Shown here: piece by piece, positions 1 through 9,791 of the stretch
Position numbering within the stretch: position 1 is the stretch's first letter
Layout: each line of letters begins with the position of its first letter
Source of the DNA: Pseudomonadota bacterium
Lineage (GTDB): Bacteria > Pseudomonadota > Alphaproteobacteria > Sphingomonadales > JBCDDR01
DNA: 38,463 nucleotides
NCBI GenBank assembly: GCA_039180205.1
Contig: JBCDDR010000001.1
Span: 1 to 38,463, forward strand
Direction of reading: 5' to 3'
Translations under genes and position numbers: made by a program
The notes under the pieces: generated by a model
What the model saw: only the letters and a program-made list of their open reading frames with translations
Told to the model about the DNA's origin: nothing
Databases searched by the model: none

Positions 1-5
1 AAGCG

Positions 6-78
6 AGTGGTTCTTTGGGCTGAAACAGATGCAGGCAGATAAGCTGAAACGGGATGCATCTGTTTCAGCCGAACCACT
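6..78. repeat. Long interrupted inverted repeat (hairpin). Arms are 6-13/71-78 and 18-33/55-70, with a 4-nt bulge and a 21-nt loop. Possible terminator of the PEP-CTERM gene or a REP/MITE-like element.
   Basis: AGTGGTTC-tttg-GGCTGAAACAGATGCA pairs perfectly with TGCATCTGTTTCAGCC-GAACCACT (24 Watson-Crick pairs). The loop re-uses GCTGAAAC and CAGAT. There is no T/A tract on either side. It lies 64 nt downstream of the minus-strand stop at 142. Confidence 0.7.
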
Positions 79-141
79 GCGGGTGGACGCCGATCGATTT
101 TCAAGAGACCCGACCTCAGGCGCAATCAACGCGCCAGAATA

Positions 142-984
142 TCAGGCTTGTTTGCGCTTCCGCACCAGACCAAGTCCGGCAAGGCCAATCCCGAAGAGAC
201 CCACCATACCAGGCGCTGGTACAGCGGTTGGATCAACCGCGACGAGCTCTGCCGTCACATCGAAGATGATGTTCGCGCCAGCGATCGTTTCCTGCGGAAT
301 GTCGAGCCCCAGAAACCCTTCCAGGAAGACAACCGGATCAGGGATCACGCCGCCAATCACACCCGGACCACCGCCGAATTCGCCCAAATCAAAGTCACCC
401 TGGACGAAGAAGCCGAGTTCGGGATCAAAAAGCTCCAGGGGAAGCGATTCAAGAAGAACAATACCAGCCGCGGTCAACTCTTCAGCGGTATCAAAAGGGC
501 CGCCCAAAAGTGTGATAAGCGGCGCAGGGAGAAGACCCTGAATGTCATCATCCAAAATATCGTTCAGCGAAGTCATTCCCAATTCGAAGGTCTCAGTGAA
601 AGCGAAGTCAATCGGATCGACTTCCACGTCATCGGAAATCGTAATGGCCGCCGTCACATCGAGAACCACCGAAAAATCGAGTTCCGCGGTTGGATCGGGA
701 AGATCCAGCGTCAGGTCGTTGACAAAAACACCGCCGGTTGCGGAAAATGTATTCCCCGCGATGAACCCAACGTCGATCTCGCCCGTGGGCGTGAACCCGC
801 TGAGAAGCAGGTTGGTAATTGGCACCGTTTCCGGGGTGATCGAAAGATCGCCAGACGTTGAGTAATCTGCGCCACCGATCAGGTTGATTGACGATGTGAA
901 TGCAGTGCTCGCACTGGCGACATCACCCATCGACAGTGCCGCAATCGTTCCGGCGACAGCGGAAACTTTCAAAAATTTGCTCAT
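142..984 (-). CDS. Secreted, highly acidic PEP-CTERM sorting-domain protein
   Basis: N-terminal signal peptide MSKFLKVSAVAGTIAALSMGDVASAS. C-terminus is VPAPGMVGLFGIGLAGLGLVRKRKQA, i.e. a PEP-like motif, a TM helix and a basic cluster. The start was moved to ATG 984 because GGAGGAG (997-991) sits 6 nt upstream; the ORF-track start is 1005. Confidence 0.8.
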   Translation of the reverse strand: MSKFLKVSAVAGTIAALSMGDVASASTAFTSSINLIGGADYSTSGDLSITPETVPITNLLLSGFTPTGEIDVGFIAGNTFSATGGVFVNDLTLDLPDPTAELDFSVVLDVTAAITISDDVEVDPIDFAFTETFELGMTSLNDILDDDIQGLLPAPLITLLGGPFDTAEELTAAGIVLLESLPLELFDPELGFFVQGDFDLGEFGGGPGVIGGVIPDPVVFLEGFLGLDIPQETIAGANIIFDVTAELVAVDPTAVPAPGMVGLFGIGLAGLGLVRKRKQA

Positions 985-1470
985 CGAATGCTCCTCCATT
1001 CTCATTGAAACCGGTCGCGTTCCAGGCAGGCCAGTTTTTCAGATGCAAACAAACCGCGTTCAACTTCGGGTGTGGCTTATCGGCCAAAACGTGAAGTTGA
1101 TCTGATCCAAAGAGCCTGTTTTCCAGGAACCGGCCCATTGTTTGTGAAAACTAAGCATAATTCATGCCAAACACACCGTTAACTTTATAAGCTGCTGCAA
1201 ATTCGCGTTTTCACGGGAAAAGTCGTTGTCGGCGCATGGTCTGGATCTTAAAAATGTGTAAAGATTTTCGACATTTTCAGCCGTATTGTCGGTACGTTGC
1301 CGTAAGGAATTCGGTCCCGATATCAGCTCATTGACCCATTCGATTTGAGGCGGTCGGAGGATCACCTTTCCTTGACATCGGCGCCGTGCAGCTTGCGGCA
1401 CATTCCTCCCCCATGATATTCCGGAAAAAAAGACTACCTATCGAGCTTAAGCCTTTGGGGAAGGACTGAA

Positions 1471-3267
1471 ATGATGAGCTATACGGCACCCGTGTCCGAT
1501 ATTCGCTTTACTCTCGAAACAATCTGCAAACTTGATGATCTGGCGGAGCGTCCCGCATTTTCCGACTTGAGCAGCGACCTTGTCGACGCGATCCTCGAAG
1601 AAGCCGGCAAGTTGGCGAGTGGCGCACTCGCGCCCTTAAATTGGCCGGGCGATCAGGCGGGGTCTGTGCGCCAATCCGATGGATCGGTAAAAACGCCCGA
1701 AGGCTTTCCGGAAGCTTATAAGCAATTCGTGGAAGGCGGTTGGAATTGTCTTTCGGGGTCTACCGAATATGGTGGTCAAGGCCTGCCTTACATCATGCAA
1801 ACCGCTGTCATGGATATGATGACATCGGCAAACATGGCGTTTTCGCTGTGCCCGCTGCTTTCACAAGGGGCGATTGAGGCGTTGACAGCACACGGTACAG
1901 AAGACCTGCGGCAGACCTATCTTGAGAAGCTGATTTCAGGAGAGTGGACAGGCACAATGAACCTGACCGAACCGCAGGCAGGCTCTGACGTGGGCGCGCT
2001 GCGCACCAAGGCGGTTCCCCAGGACAACGGCACCTATCTTATCAGCGGGCAGAAGATTTTCATTACCTGGGGTGAGCATGATTGCGCCGAGAATATTGTT
2101 CATTTGGTCCTGGCACGCCTTCCTGGTGCGCCCGAGGGTACGCGTGGCATTTCGCTCTTCCTGGTTCCCAAATATCTGGTCAACGATGATGGATCGCTTG
2201 GCGAGCGCAACGATTTAAGATGTGTTTCGGTTGAACATAAACTCGGGATCCACGCCTCACCGACCTGCACAATGTCCTATGGCGATGAAGGCAAATGTGT
2301 CGGTTATCTGATCGGTGAAGAAAACCGCGGCATGGCCTGCATGTTCACCATGATGAACAATGCGCGGATCGGTGTGGGTCTCCAAGGGGTTGCGATTTCG
2401 GAACGTGCCTATCAGCATGCGCTTCATTTTGCGCGGGAACGTGTCCAGTCCCCCGTGTTTGGTAGCTCCGATCGTTCAGCGAAACGGATTATCGACCATG
2501 CCGACGTTCGCCGAATGCTGCTGAAAATGAAGTCATTGGCGGAAGCCTGCCGCGCCATCGTCTATCGCACGGCAGTCGCGGTTGATCGCGCCCACCAAGG
2601 TCATGACGACGAACGGGCGCGCGAAAAGGGTATTGCCGAGCTTTTAACGCCCATTGCCAAAGCGCTTTCAACCGATGTCGGGGTTGAGGTTTCATCGCTT
2701 GGTATTCAGGTGTTTGGCGGCATGGGATATGTCGAAGAGACCGGAGCCGCGCAGCATTTTCGCGATTCACGGATCGCACCGATTTACGAGGGAACGAACG
2801 GCATTCAGGCGATCGATCTGGTTGGGCGAAAACTCAACATGGCAGGCGGTGCGGTATGGAAAGACTGGGTCCAGGAAATGCGCCAGTTTTGTGCGCAATT
2901 GCCTGGTGATGGCGAGTTGGGCGCGATCAAGCCCTACCTTGAAGATGCGATTGAGGCGACACAAACGGCAGCCGTTTGGATGCAAGGCAATGCCGATGAT
3001 GGGCTTAACGACACCGCTGCCGGTGCAACACCGTTTTTGCGCATGTTCGGGCTCACAACGGGTGGGTATTTGCTAACCAAACAAGCACAACACGCAGCGT
3101 CACTTTTGGAAGATCGGCCTTCGAATAAGTCGTTTTTGGAGGCAAAGATTACGACCGCACGGTTTTTCGCGGAACAGATCCTGCCGCACGCGACAGCCGC
3201 ACTTGGCCCGGTCACGCGCGGCGCGGAGCTGCTTTACGCGCTCGACGAGAGCCAATTCGCCGCCTAG
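1471..3267 (+). CDS. Large (~600 aa) acyl-CoA dehydrogenase family protein
   Basis: 598 aa. Shows ACAD-type motifs (TEPQAGSD, GGMGYVEETGAAQHFRDSRIAPIYEGTNGIQAIDLV) plus an extended C-terminal domain. GAAGGA SD lies 5 nt before the ATG. Confidence 0.9.
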   Translation: MMSYTAPVSDIRFTLETICKLDDLAERPAFSDLSSDLVDAILEEAGKLASGALAPLNWPGDQAGSVRQSDGSVKTPEGFPEAYKQFVEGGWNCLSGSTEYGGQGLPYIMQTAVMDMMTSANMAFSLCPLLSQGAIEALTAHGTEDLRQTYLEKLISGEWTGTMNLTEPQAGSDVGALRTKAVPQDNGTYLISGQKIFITWGEHDCAENIVHLVLARLPGAPEGTRGISLFLVPKYLVNDDGSLGERNDLRCVSVEHKLGIHASPTCTMSYGDEGKCVGYLIGEENRGMACMFTMMNNARIGVGLQGVAISERAYQHALHFARERVQSPVFGSSDRSAKRIIDHADVRRMLLKMKSLAEACRAIVYRTAVAVDRAHQGHDDERAREKGIAELLTPIAKALSTDVGVEVSSLGIQVFGGMGYVEETGAAQHFRDSRIAPIYEGTNGIQAIDLVGRKLNMAGGAVWKDWVQEMRQFCAQLPGDGELGAIKPYLEDAIEATQTAAVWMQGNADDGLNDTAAGATPFLRMFGLTTGGYLLTKQAQHAASLLEDRPSNKSFLEAKITTARFFAEQILPHATAALGPVTRGAELLYALDESQFAA

Positions 3268-3397
3268 CCTGTGAGCGATCAAAGCTAACGTTGACGTAAA
3301 CGTAAATTTGCGCCTATAGCAGATGTCATTGAGGTGAACCAGGCAACCAGAGCCCTGCCTTTGGTATCCAGGCACCGAATGTTTTCGATCCGGAATT

Positions 3398-4528
3398 GTG
3401 GAGCTTCACGTGGCCAGCGATGTTTCAATGACGGATGACGACGCTGCAGATGGCAGCAAAGCCTCACCAGTTGACGGATCGCTCCGATACCCGTTTGCCG
3501 ATCAGACACCCGACAGTGGTGCGCTCATTCCGGTTGCAGATGGTGTTTATTGGCTTCGTATGCCGCTGCCTTTCTCGCTTGATCACATCAATCTCTGGCT
3601 TCTCGATGATGGTGATGATGCGGTCACAATTGTGGATACCGGGCTTAATACCTCGGTGTGTCGCAAAGTCTGGGATACGGTTTTCGAAACCCATATCGGT
3701 GGGCGGCAAGTCAGCCGCATCATCGTCACCCACTTTCACCCCGATCACCTGGGTCTTGCCGGCTGGCTCTGCGAACGTACGGGCGCCCCTCTCTATATGA
3801 CGCAGGCCGAGTATCTGATGGGACGCCTACTGACCGTTGAAACCCATGAGAAAACCCCCGACGAAGTTGTCGCCTTCTATAAGGCGGCGGGGCATTCAGA
3901 CGAGTGGCTCGATATCCTGAAGGGGCGCGGGTACGGTGGCTTCAAGAAGGTGGTCAGTCGCGTCCCAACTCAGTATCACAAGATCCGCCATGGATCGGTT
4001 TTGCAAATCGGTGCGCGTCGCTGGCGGGTCCACATTGGACGCGGGCACGCGCCAGAGCATGCATGCCTTGTTGATAACAATGGGAGTCTGCTGATTTCAG
4101 GCGATCAGGTCTTGCCCCGCATCACATCGAACGTGAGTGTTTTCCCAGGGGAACCCGAAGCAGATCCACTTGATGACTGGATGAAGAGTCTTGATGAGTT
4201 GAAGTCGATTGACCGGTCGGTCCTCGTACTGCCAAGCCACAACGAGCCGTTTTTTGGCTTGCACGATCGTTTAGACGGCTTGAAAGCAAGTCATCATGAT
4301 AAACTCGACCGGCTCCTACAATCGCTCGGCGAGCCCCGGACGGCGGTTGACTGTTTCGATGTACTTTTCCGACGCAAGATTACAGTTGATGACATGATGA
4401 TGGCGACCGGTGAGGCGCTTGCGCATCTGCACTATCTCGTCCGGAGGGGCACGATAGAGCGATTTGAGCGCGACAACGTTGTTCACTCCCAAAATCGGGA
4501 CGCTGTTGCGCACAAACCCGCTGCATAA
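3398..4528 (+). CDS. MBL-fold metallo-hydrolase, substrate unknown
   Basis: HxHxDH motif THFHPDHLG, with downstream His/Asp ligands (GHAPEH, SGDQV, LPSHN). The start is uncertain: GTG 3398, GTG 3410 (GGAG 6 nt upstream) or ATG 3428. Confidence 0.85.
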   Translation: MELHVASDVSMTDDDAADGSKASPVDGSLRYPFADQTPDSGALIPVADGVYWLRMPLPFSLDHINLWLLDDGDDAVTIVDTGLNTSVCRKVWDTVFETHIGGRQVSRIIVTHFHPDHLGLAGWLCERTGAPLYMTQAEYLMGRLLTVETHEKTPDEVVAFYKAAGHSDEWLDILKGRGYGGFKKVVSRVPTQYHKIRHGSVLQIGARRWRVHIGRGHAPEHACLVDNNGSLLISGDQVLPRITSNVSVFPGEPEADPLDDWMKSLDELKSIDRSVLVLPSHNEPFFGLHDRLDGLKASHHDKLDRLLQSLGEPRTAVDCFDVLFRRKITVDDMMMATGEALAHLHYLVRRGTIERFERDNVVHSQNRDAVAHKPAA

Positions 4529-4617
4529 CAAGGCGCGGGTCTTCGAGCTGCCCTCAAGCCTGCGCCCATCGAGGGCGCGGGCCCAGGCACCACAATGAAA
4601 CAAGTTGAAACACGCAA

Positions 4618-6399
4618 ATGACAGAAAATCCTGTGACCGAGACACCCAAATCGAAGCCCGAAACCAGCCTTCATGCGAATGGCGCGAATGCGTATCCGCG
4701 CCCATGGCTCGACCATTACCCCGACGGCATTGATTGGCATCAGCCGCTTAGCCCGCAACCGCTTTTCAAATTCCTGGAAGACACGGCAGCAGAGTTCCCC
4801 AACGCGCCATATCTCAATTTTTATGGTAAGCGGTGGACCTACGCGGACATCCAAAGCAGGGTCGATCGGGCCGCGCGAAAATTTCAGGATATGGGCGTGG
4901 GCCCTGGCGTTCATGTGGGGCTATTGCTCCCCAACTGCCCGCAATATGTTGTCGCCTTTTTCGCCGTTTTGAAAATCGGCGGTACGATCGTGAATTTCTC
5001 CCCGCTGTATTCCGTCCCTGAGATTCGGGCCCAGGTTGAAGACAGCCAGACAGATATCCTTGTCACGCTTAATGTCGCCCAGTTGTTTGATGGCGCCTAT
5101 GAGGTGCTGAACAGCTCACGGCTCAAAACACTTATCGTCGGATCGCTGAGCGAGGTCCTACCGTTTCCCAAGGGCCAGCTTTACAAGCTCTTCAAGAAGG
5201 CCGAACGCGCCGACGTTCCCGATGAGGGGAACATCCTGAACTTCAATGAACTGGTCAAAGGCGAACCGCTGGCCGAGGCGGCTACAATCGACCCCGAAAC
5301 GCATATCGCCGTTTTACAATATACCGGGGGCACGACAGGCACCCCGAAAGGTGCCATGCTCACACATGCGAACCTGTCGCTTGCAACGTTTCAGCTCGCG
5401 GCATGGGATGCAGACATGGACAAGGGCGTCGACCGTACTTTTGGCGCGCTTCCCTTTTTCCACGTTTTTGCGATGACCGTCGTGCTTTGTGTCTCCACCT
5501 ATGCAGCGGCCGAGATTATCATGCTGCCGAAATTTGAGCTGAACGAAGCGCTCAAGCTTATTCAAAAGCATAAGATCACCCTGATGCCGGGCGTGCCGAC
5601 AATGTACACCGCGATCCTGGGGCACCCAAAGATTCAGAGTTTCGACCTTTCGTCGGTTCGGCTTTGTACATCGGGCGGGGCACCGATGCCGCTCGAGGTC
5701 AAACGCGACTTTGAAAAAATGACAGGCGCCAGTGTCGTTGAAGGGTATGGCCTTACTGAAACCTGTGGCGTTGCGACCTGCAACCCGATTTATGGGGAAA
5801 ACAAGTCAGGTACAATCGGACTTCCGGTGGTCGCAACCGATATCGTCATCCTCGAACAGGAGAGCGATCAACCGGTGGCGCGCGGCGAAACCGGTGAGAT
5901 CTGTGTTCGTGGCCCCCAGGTGATGCAGGGCTATTGGCAGCGAAAGGAAGAGACTGCGAAGATTTTTGCCGGAGACCTGATGCGAACCGGCGATATCGGA
6001 TTTATTGATGAGGCCGGCTATGTGAGCATTGTTGATCGAGTGAAAGATCTCATCCTTGTCGGGGGGTTCAACGTGTTTCCGCGCATGATCGAGGAAGCGA
6101 TCTATACCCACGATGCGGTCGCGGAGGTGAGCGTGATTGGAATACCCGACCCCTATCGCGGTGAAACGCCCAAAGCCTTTGTGGTTAAAAAACCCGACTA
6201 TGACGGAGAGCTGACCGAGAGCGAGCTGATCGCATTTCTAAAAACGCGCCTTGGCAAGCATGAAATACCATCTGCGGTTGAGTTCCGCACCGAACTTCCC
6301 AAGACGATGGTCGGCAAGCTTTCCAAAAAAGAATTAGAAGAAGAAGAGCGCCAAAAGCGCGCCGCCCCCGAGGCCCAAGGGGTTGCTGAAGCCGAATAG
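4618..6399 (+). CDS. fadD: Long-chain fatty-acid--CoA ligase (AMP-binding enzyme)
   Basis: AMP-binding signature YTGGTTGTPKGAMLTH, plus GYGLTE and TGDIGFIDEAGYVSIVDRVKD. 593 aa. Confidence 0.9.
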   Translation: MTENPVTETPKSKPETSLHANGANAYPRPWLDHYPDGIDWHQPLSPQPLFKFLEDTAAEFPNAPYLNFYGKRWTYADIQSRVDRAARKFQDMGVGPGVHVGLLLPNCPQYVVAFFAVLKIGGTIVNFSPLYSVPEIRAQVEDSQTDILVTLNVAQLFDGAYEVLNSSRLKTLIVGSLSEVLPFPKGQLYKLFKKAERADVPDEGNILNFNELVKGEPLAEAATIDPETHIAVLQYTGGTTGTPKGAMLTHANLSLATFQLAAWDADMDKGVDRTFGALPFFHVFAMTVVLCVSTYAAAEIIMLPKFELNEALKLIQKHKITLMPGVPTMYTAILGHPKIQSFDLSSVRLCTSGGAPMPLEVKRDFEKMTGASVVEGYGLTETCGVATCNPIYGENKSGTIGLPVVATDIVILEQESDQPVARGETGEICVRGPQVMQGYWQRKEETAKIFAGDLMRTGDIGFIDEAGYVSIVDRVKDLILVGGFNVFPRMIEEAIYTHDAVAEVSVIGIPDPYRGETPKAFVVKKPDYDGELTESELIAFLKTRLGKHEIPSAVEFRTELPKTMVGKLSKKELEEEERQKRAAPEAQGVAEAE

Positions 6400-6564
6400 C
6401 GTCTTTCGTTTCGGCCCCTTCCCTCAGAATTTGGAGATGTTATACCTCTCGCAGTCGGTTCGGGGTTGCGAACAACAACCGCACTGGCTACACCCCTCAG
6501 GATAACAAAACGCCGGGCTTGGGATCGTTTTAACAGCGTCCACGCGAAACATTGAAATTCACCT

Positions 6565-6843
6565 ATGAGCGAAACCACAAAACCTTCGTCCCCCTCGAAA
6601 GCCGTGTCCGATGACATCGTCGAGCTGAGCTTTGAAGACGCGCTTGGACGTCTCGAAGCGATCGTCAACAAACTGGAAACCGGCGAGACCACGTTGGATG
6701 AATCAATCGCGGATTATGAAACCGGCAAGGCGCTCCAGCGCCATTGCGAGCAAAAGCTTGCGGAGGCGAAAAGCCGGGTTGAGCGTATTCAAATGACGGA
6801 TCAGGATGAAGCGACAACAACACCTTTTGACGCTGAATCCTAG
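6565..6843 (+). CDS. xseB: Exodeoxyribonuclease VII small subunit
   Basis: 92 aa. LSFEDALGRLEAIVNKLETGETTLDESIADYETG is the typical XseB core. It sits in the conserved position upstream of ispA-dxs. Confidence 0.9.
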   Translation: MSETTKPSSPSKAVSDDIVELSFEDALGRLEAIVNKLETGETTLDESIADYETGKALQRHCEQKLAEAKSRVERIQMTDQDEATTTPFDAES

Positions 6844-6913
6844 CTGCATCAGTGGATCGGGCCCGAACATGCAATGGCTTTCGGCCGCACGTGTTTATGT
6901 GAAGTAAAGGTAG

Positions 6914-7816
6914 TTGTCCTTGCCTGCAAACTCTCTCCTTGCCGATGCTCTTTCCTCAACCGCCGAAGCGGTCGAGCACGCCTTTGATGCTGTATTGCCC
7001 GCAACATCCGGGCCGGAAGCTCGCCTGAAAGAGGCCGTACGGTATGGCGCGATGGGTGGCGGCAAGCGGATGCGCCCGCTGCTGGTAGTCGCCTCCTCCT
7101 CATTGTTTCAAGTAGACCATGAACAGGCCATTCGCGTCGGGCTGGCGGTCGAGTGCGTGCATTGTTATTCCCTGATCCATGATGACCTGCCTGCGATGGA
7201 CGACGATGACCTGAGGCGCGGCAAACCGACTGTTCACAAGGCTTATGACGAGGCGACCGCCATCCTGGCGGGGGATGCGCTTTTAACCAAAGCTTTTGAG
7301 CTTTTAGCAGACCCGTCGGTCATTCCTGATGCCGATGTACGTGCCGCCCTTGTGTTGGCGCTTGCCAAGGCCTCGGGTGATCATGGCATGGTTGCGGGCC
7401 AAGCGATTGACCTTGCCGCCGCGGATCACGAACTTGATCTCGGCGGGATTACCCGGCTGCAACAATTGAAAACCGGCGCCTTGATCAGTTTTAGTTCAGA
7501 GGCCGGGGCGATCCTTGGGCGCGCGGGTGCAGAGGCGCACCAGGCGCTTCGGGGATATGCCCACGACCTTGGTCTCGCCTTCCAGATCGCGGATGATCTG
7601 CTTGACGTCGAAGGTGATGTCGCCACAGTTGGGAAGGCAGTTGGTAAGGACGCCGATGCTGGCAAAGCCACCTTTGTCTCGCTGATGGGTGTCGACCGCG
7701 CCCGCAGCCAGGCAAAGCTTTTGGTCGAACAGGCCATCGACCATCTGTCGATGTTTGGCGCCCGCGCGGAATTGCTGCGAGAAATCGCAGATTTCATGGT
7801 TTCGCGAAAAAATTAG
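6914..7816 (+). CDS. ispA: Farnesyl-diphosphate synthase / geranyltranstransferase
   Basis: First and second aspartate-rich motifs are present: DDLPAMDDDDLRRGKPT and FQIADDLLD. TTG start at 6914, or TTG at 6920. Confidence 0.92.
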   Translation: MSLPANSLLADALSSTAEAVEHAFDAVLPATSGPEARLKEAVRYGAMGGGKRMRPLLVVASSSLFQVDHEQAIRVGLAVECVHCYSLIHDDLPAMDDDDLRRGKPTVHKAYDEATAILAGDALLTKAFELLADPSVIPDADVRAALVLALAKASGDHGMVAGQAIDLAAADHELDLGGITRLQQLKTGALISFSSEAGAILGRAGAEAHQALRGYAHDLGLAFQIADDLLDVEGDVATVGKAVGKDADAGKATFVSLMGVDRARSQAKLLVEQAIDHLSMFGARAELLREIADFMVSRKN

Positions 7817-7866
7817 TCGCCTGCTGGTACGCGGGTTTGTCGGTTTGTTAAAAAAAGAGAGTGCTC

Positions 7867-9780
7867 ATGGCATCAGCCACCCCACTGTCGACGCCGTTGC
7901 TCGATCAAGTGAAATTTCCCAACGATCTGCGCGCCTTACCCGCTGAGGATCTGAAAGAGTTGGCGAAAGAGCTGCGCGCCGAATTGATTGATGCGGTTAG
8001 TGAAACCGGTGGGCATCTTGGTGCGGGCCTCGGGGTCGTCGAGCTTACGGTTGCGCTCCATTATGTTTTCAATACGCCCGACGATAAGCTGATATTTGAT
8101 GTGGGCCATCAGGCTTATCCGCACAAAATCCTTACGGGTCGTCGTGATCGCATTCGGACATTGAGGCAAGGCGGTGGGCTTTCGGGGTTCACGAAACGCG
8201 ATGAAAGCGAATATGATCCGTTTGGTGCGGCGCACAGCTCAACATCGATCTCCTCTGCGCTCGGCATCGCGATTGCCAACAAGCTGACTTACAACGAAGC
8301 AAAGGCAATTGCCGTGATCGGCGATGGTGCGATGAGCGCTGGTATGGCCTATGAGGCGATGAACAATGCCGATCAGGCGGGGAATCGGCTGATTGTCATC
8401 CTGAACGATAATGACATGTCGATTGCCCCCCCGGTCGGCGCGATGAGTGCCTACCTCGCACGGGTATTTTCCTCCGACAGCTATATGTCGCTGCGCGATC
8501 TTGGTCGGCGGCTGGTGAAACCGCTCCCGAAATCGCTCGCCAACCGCGCCGGGAAAGCCGAAGAGTATGCGAGGGGCATCGCCACCGGCGGCACATTGTT
8601 TGAAGAGCTTGGGTTTTACTTTGTGGGGCCAATCGATGGGCACAACCTTGATCACCTGATCCCCGTACTTGAGAACGTGCGTGACAGTCGTGAAGGGCCG
8701 GTCCTCATTCACGTGGTAACGCAAAAGGGCAAGGGCTATGAGCCCGCTGAAGCCGCAGCCGACAAATACCACGGTGTTGCAAAATTCGATGTTGAAACCG
8801 GTGCCCAGAAAAAGGGTGTCGCAGGCGCCCCCAGCTATACCAAAGTGTTTGCCCAATCTTTGATCAAACACGCCGAAAAAGACGATCGCATTGTTGCGAT
8901 TACAGCTGCCATGCCTTCGGGTACAGGGCTTGATCTCTTTCAAAAAGCGTTCCCTGATCGTTGCTATGACGTCGGTATCGCCGAGCAGCACGCGGTGACT
9001 TTTGCAGGCGGGCTCGCCACCGAAGGGTTTCGACCGTTTGCCGCGATTTATTCGACCTTTCTCCAGCGGGGCTTTGACCAGGTTGTCCACGATATTGCCC
9101 TTCAAAAGCTGCCGGTCCGGTTTGCGATCGACAGGGCGGGGCTCGTCGGTGCTGATGGCCCCACGCACGCTGGCAGTTTTGATGTCGCCTACATGGGCAC
9201 GTTGCCGAATATGATGTTGATGGCCGCGGCTGACGAAGCGGAACTCGTCCATATGGTTGCGACCCAGGTCGCCTATGATGAAGGCCCATGTGCTTTGCGG
9301 TATCCGCGCGGCGAAGGGCGCGGTGTACCGATGCCTGAGATGGGCGAGCCGCTTGCAATCGGAAAAGGGCGTATCCTGAAAGAAGGCAGCCGGGTAGCGA
9401 TTTTATCCTACGGCGGTCGTTTGGGAGAGGCGCTGGACGCCGCCGAGACTTTGGAAGCCAAAAACATTTCGACTACGGTCGCCGATGCCCGTTTTGCCAA
9501 GCCCTTCGATGAGGATCTTCTGCGACAATTGCTTGCCAATCATGAGGTTGTCTTGACGCTCGAAGAGGGCTCTATCGGCGGTTTTGGTGCTTATGTGATG
9601 CATTTTGCGAATGCCGAGGGGTTAATCGGTCAACACAGCAAACTGCGTAGCCTGTTCCTTCCCGACAGGTTCATCGACCATGATACGCCGTATAAGATGT
9701 ATGACGACGCGGGGCTTAATGCGCCACATATCACCACAGAAATCCTGCGATTACTTGGTTATAATGAAGTCGACATTTAG
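7867..9780 (+). CDS. dxs: 1-deoxy-D-xylulose-5-phosphate synthase
   Basis: Full-length Dxs pattern: TPLLD..P.DLR N-terminus, [13 protein letters not shown], ThDP motif [16 protein letters not shown], and transketolase-like C-terminal domains. ATG 7867 is preferred over the in-frame GTG at 7861. Confidence 0.97.
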   Translation: MASATPLSTPLLDQVKFPNDLRALPAEDLKELAKELRAELIDAVSETGGHLGAGLGVVELTVALHYVFNTPDDKLIFDVGHQAYPHKILTGRRDRIRTLRQGGGLSGFTKRDESEYDPFGAAHSSTSISSALGIAIANKLTYNEAKAIAVIGDGAMSAGMAYEAMNNADQAGNRLIVILNDNDMSIAPPVGAMSAYLARVFSSDSYMSLRDLGRRLVKPLPKSLANRAGKAEEYARGIATGGTLFEELGFYFVGPIDGHNLDHLIPVLENVRDSREGPVLIHVVTQKGKGYEPAEAAADKYHGVAKFDVETGAQKKGVAGAPSYTKVFAQSLIKHAEKDDRIVAITAAMPSGTGLDLFQKAFPDRCYDVGIAEQHAVTFAGGLATEGFRPFAAIYSTFLQRGFDQVVHDIALQKLPVRFAIDRAGLVGADGPTHAGSFDVAYMGTLPNMMLMAAADEAELVHMVATQVAYDEGPCALRYPRGEGRGVPMPEMGEPLAIGKGRILKEGSRVAILSYGGRLGEALDAAETLEAKNISTTVADARFAKPFDEDLLRQLLANHEVVLTLEEGSIGGFGAYVMHFANAEGLIGQHSKLRSLFLPDRFIDHDTPYKMYDDAGLNAPHITTEILRLLGYNEVDI

Positions 9781-9791
9781 CCTTTTGTCCC

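Noticed and set aside
148-861. 237-aa ORF on the plus strand, together with other long ORFs lying antisense to or out of frame with confident genes: 8239-9252(-), 9801-10637(-), 15798-16583(+), 30556-31167(-), 31581-32303(-), 36317-36919(-), 37699-38265(+).
   Set aside because: Each lies entirely inside, antisense to or out of frame with a gene that has clear family motifs. Their translations are Arg/Pro/Gly/Ser-rich low-complexity strings with no motifs. These are typical shadow ORFs of GC-rich coding DNA.
1162-1401. 79-codon GTG ORF on the minus strand in the large intergenic region.
   Set aside because: The GGAGGA lies only 2-3 nt from the GTG, there is no recognisable motif, and the composition is unremarkable. 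It is kept only as a remote possibility under the intergenic-region finding.
7817-7866. Possible TPP riboswitch ahead of dxs, and likewise a possible B12 riboswitch ahead of the TonB-dependent receptor at 37572-37589.
   Set aside because: The gaps are only 50 nt and 18 nt. That is far too short for either aptamer, and no conserved box sequences are present.
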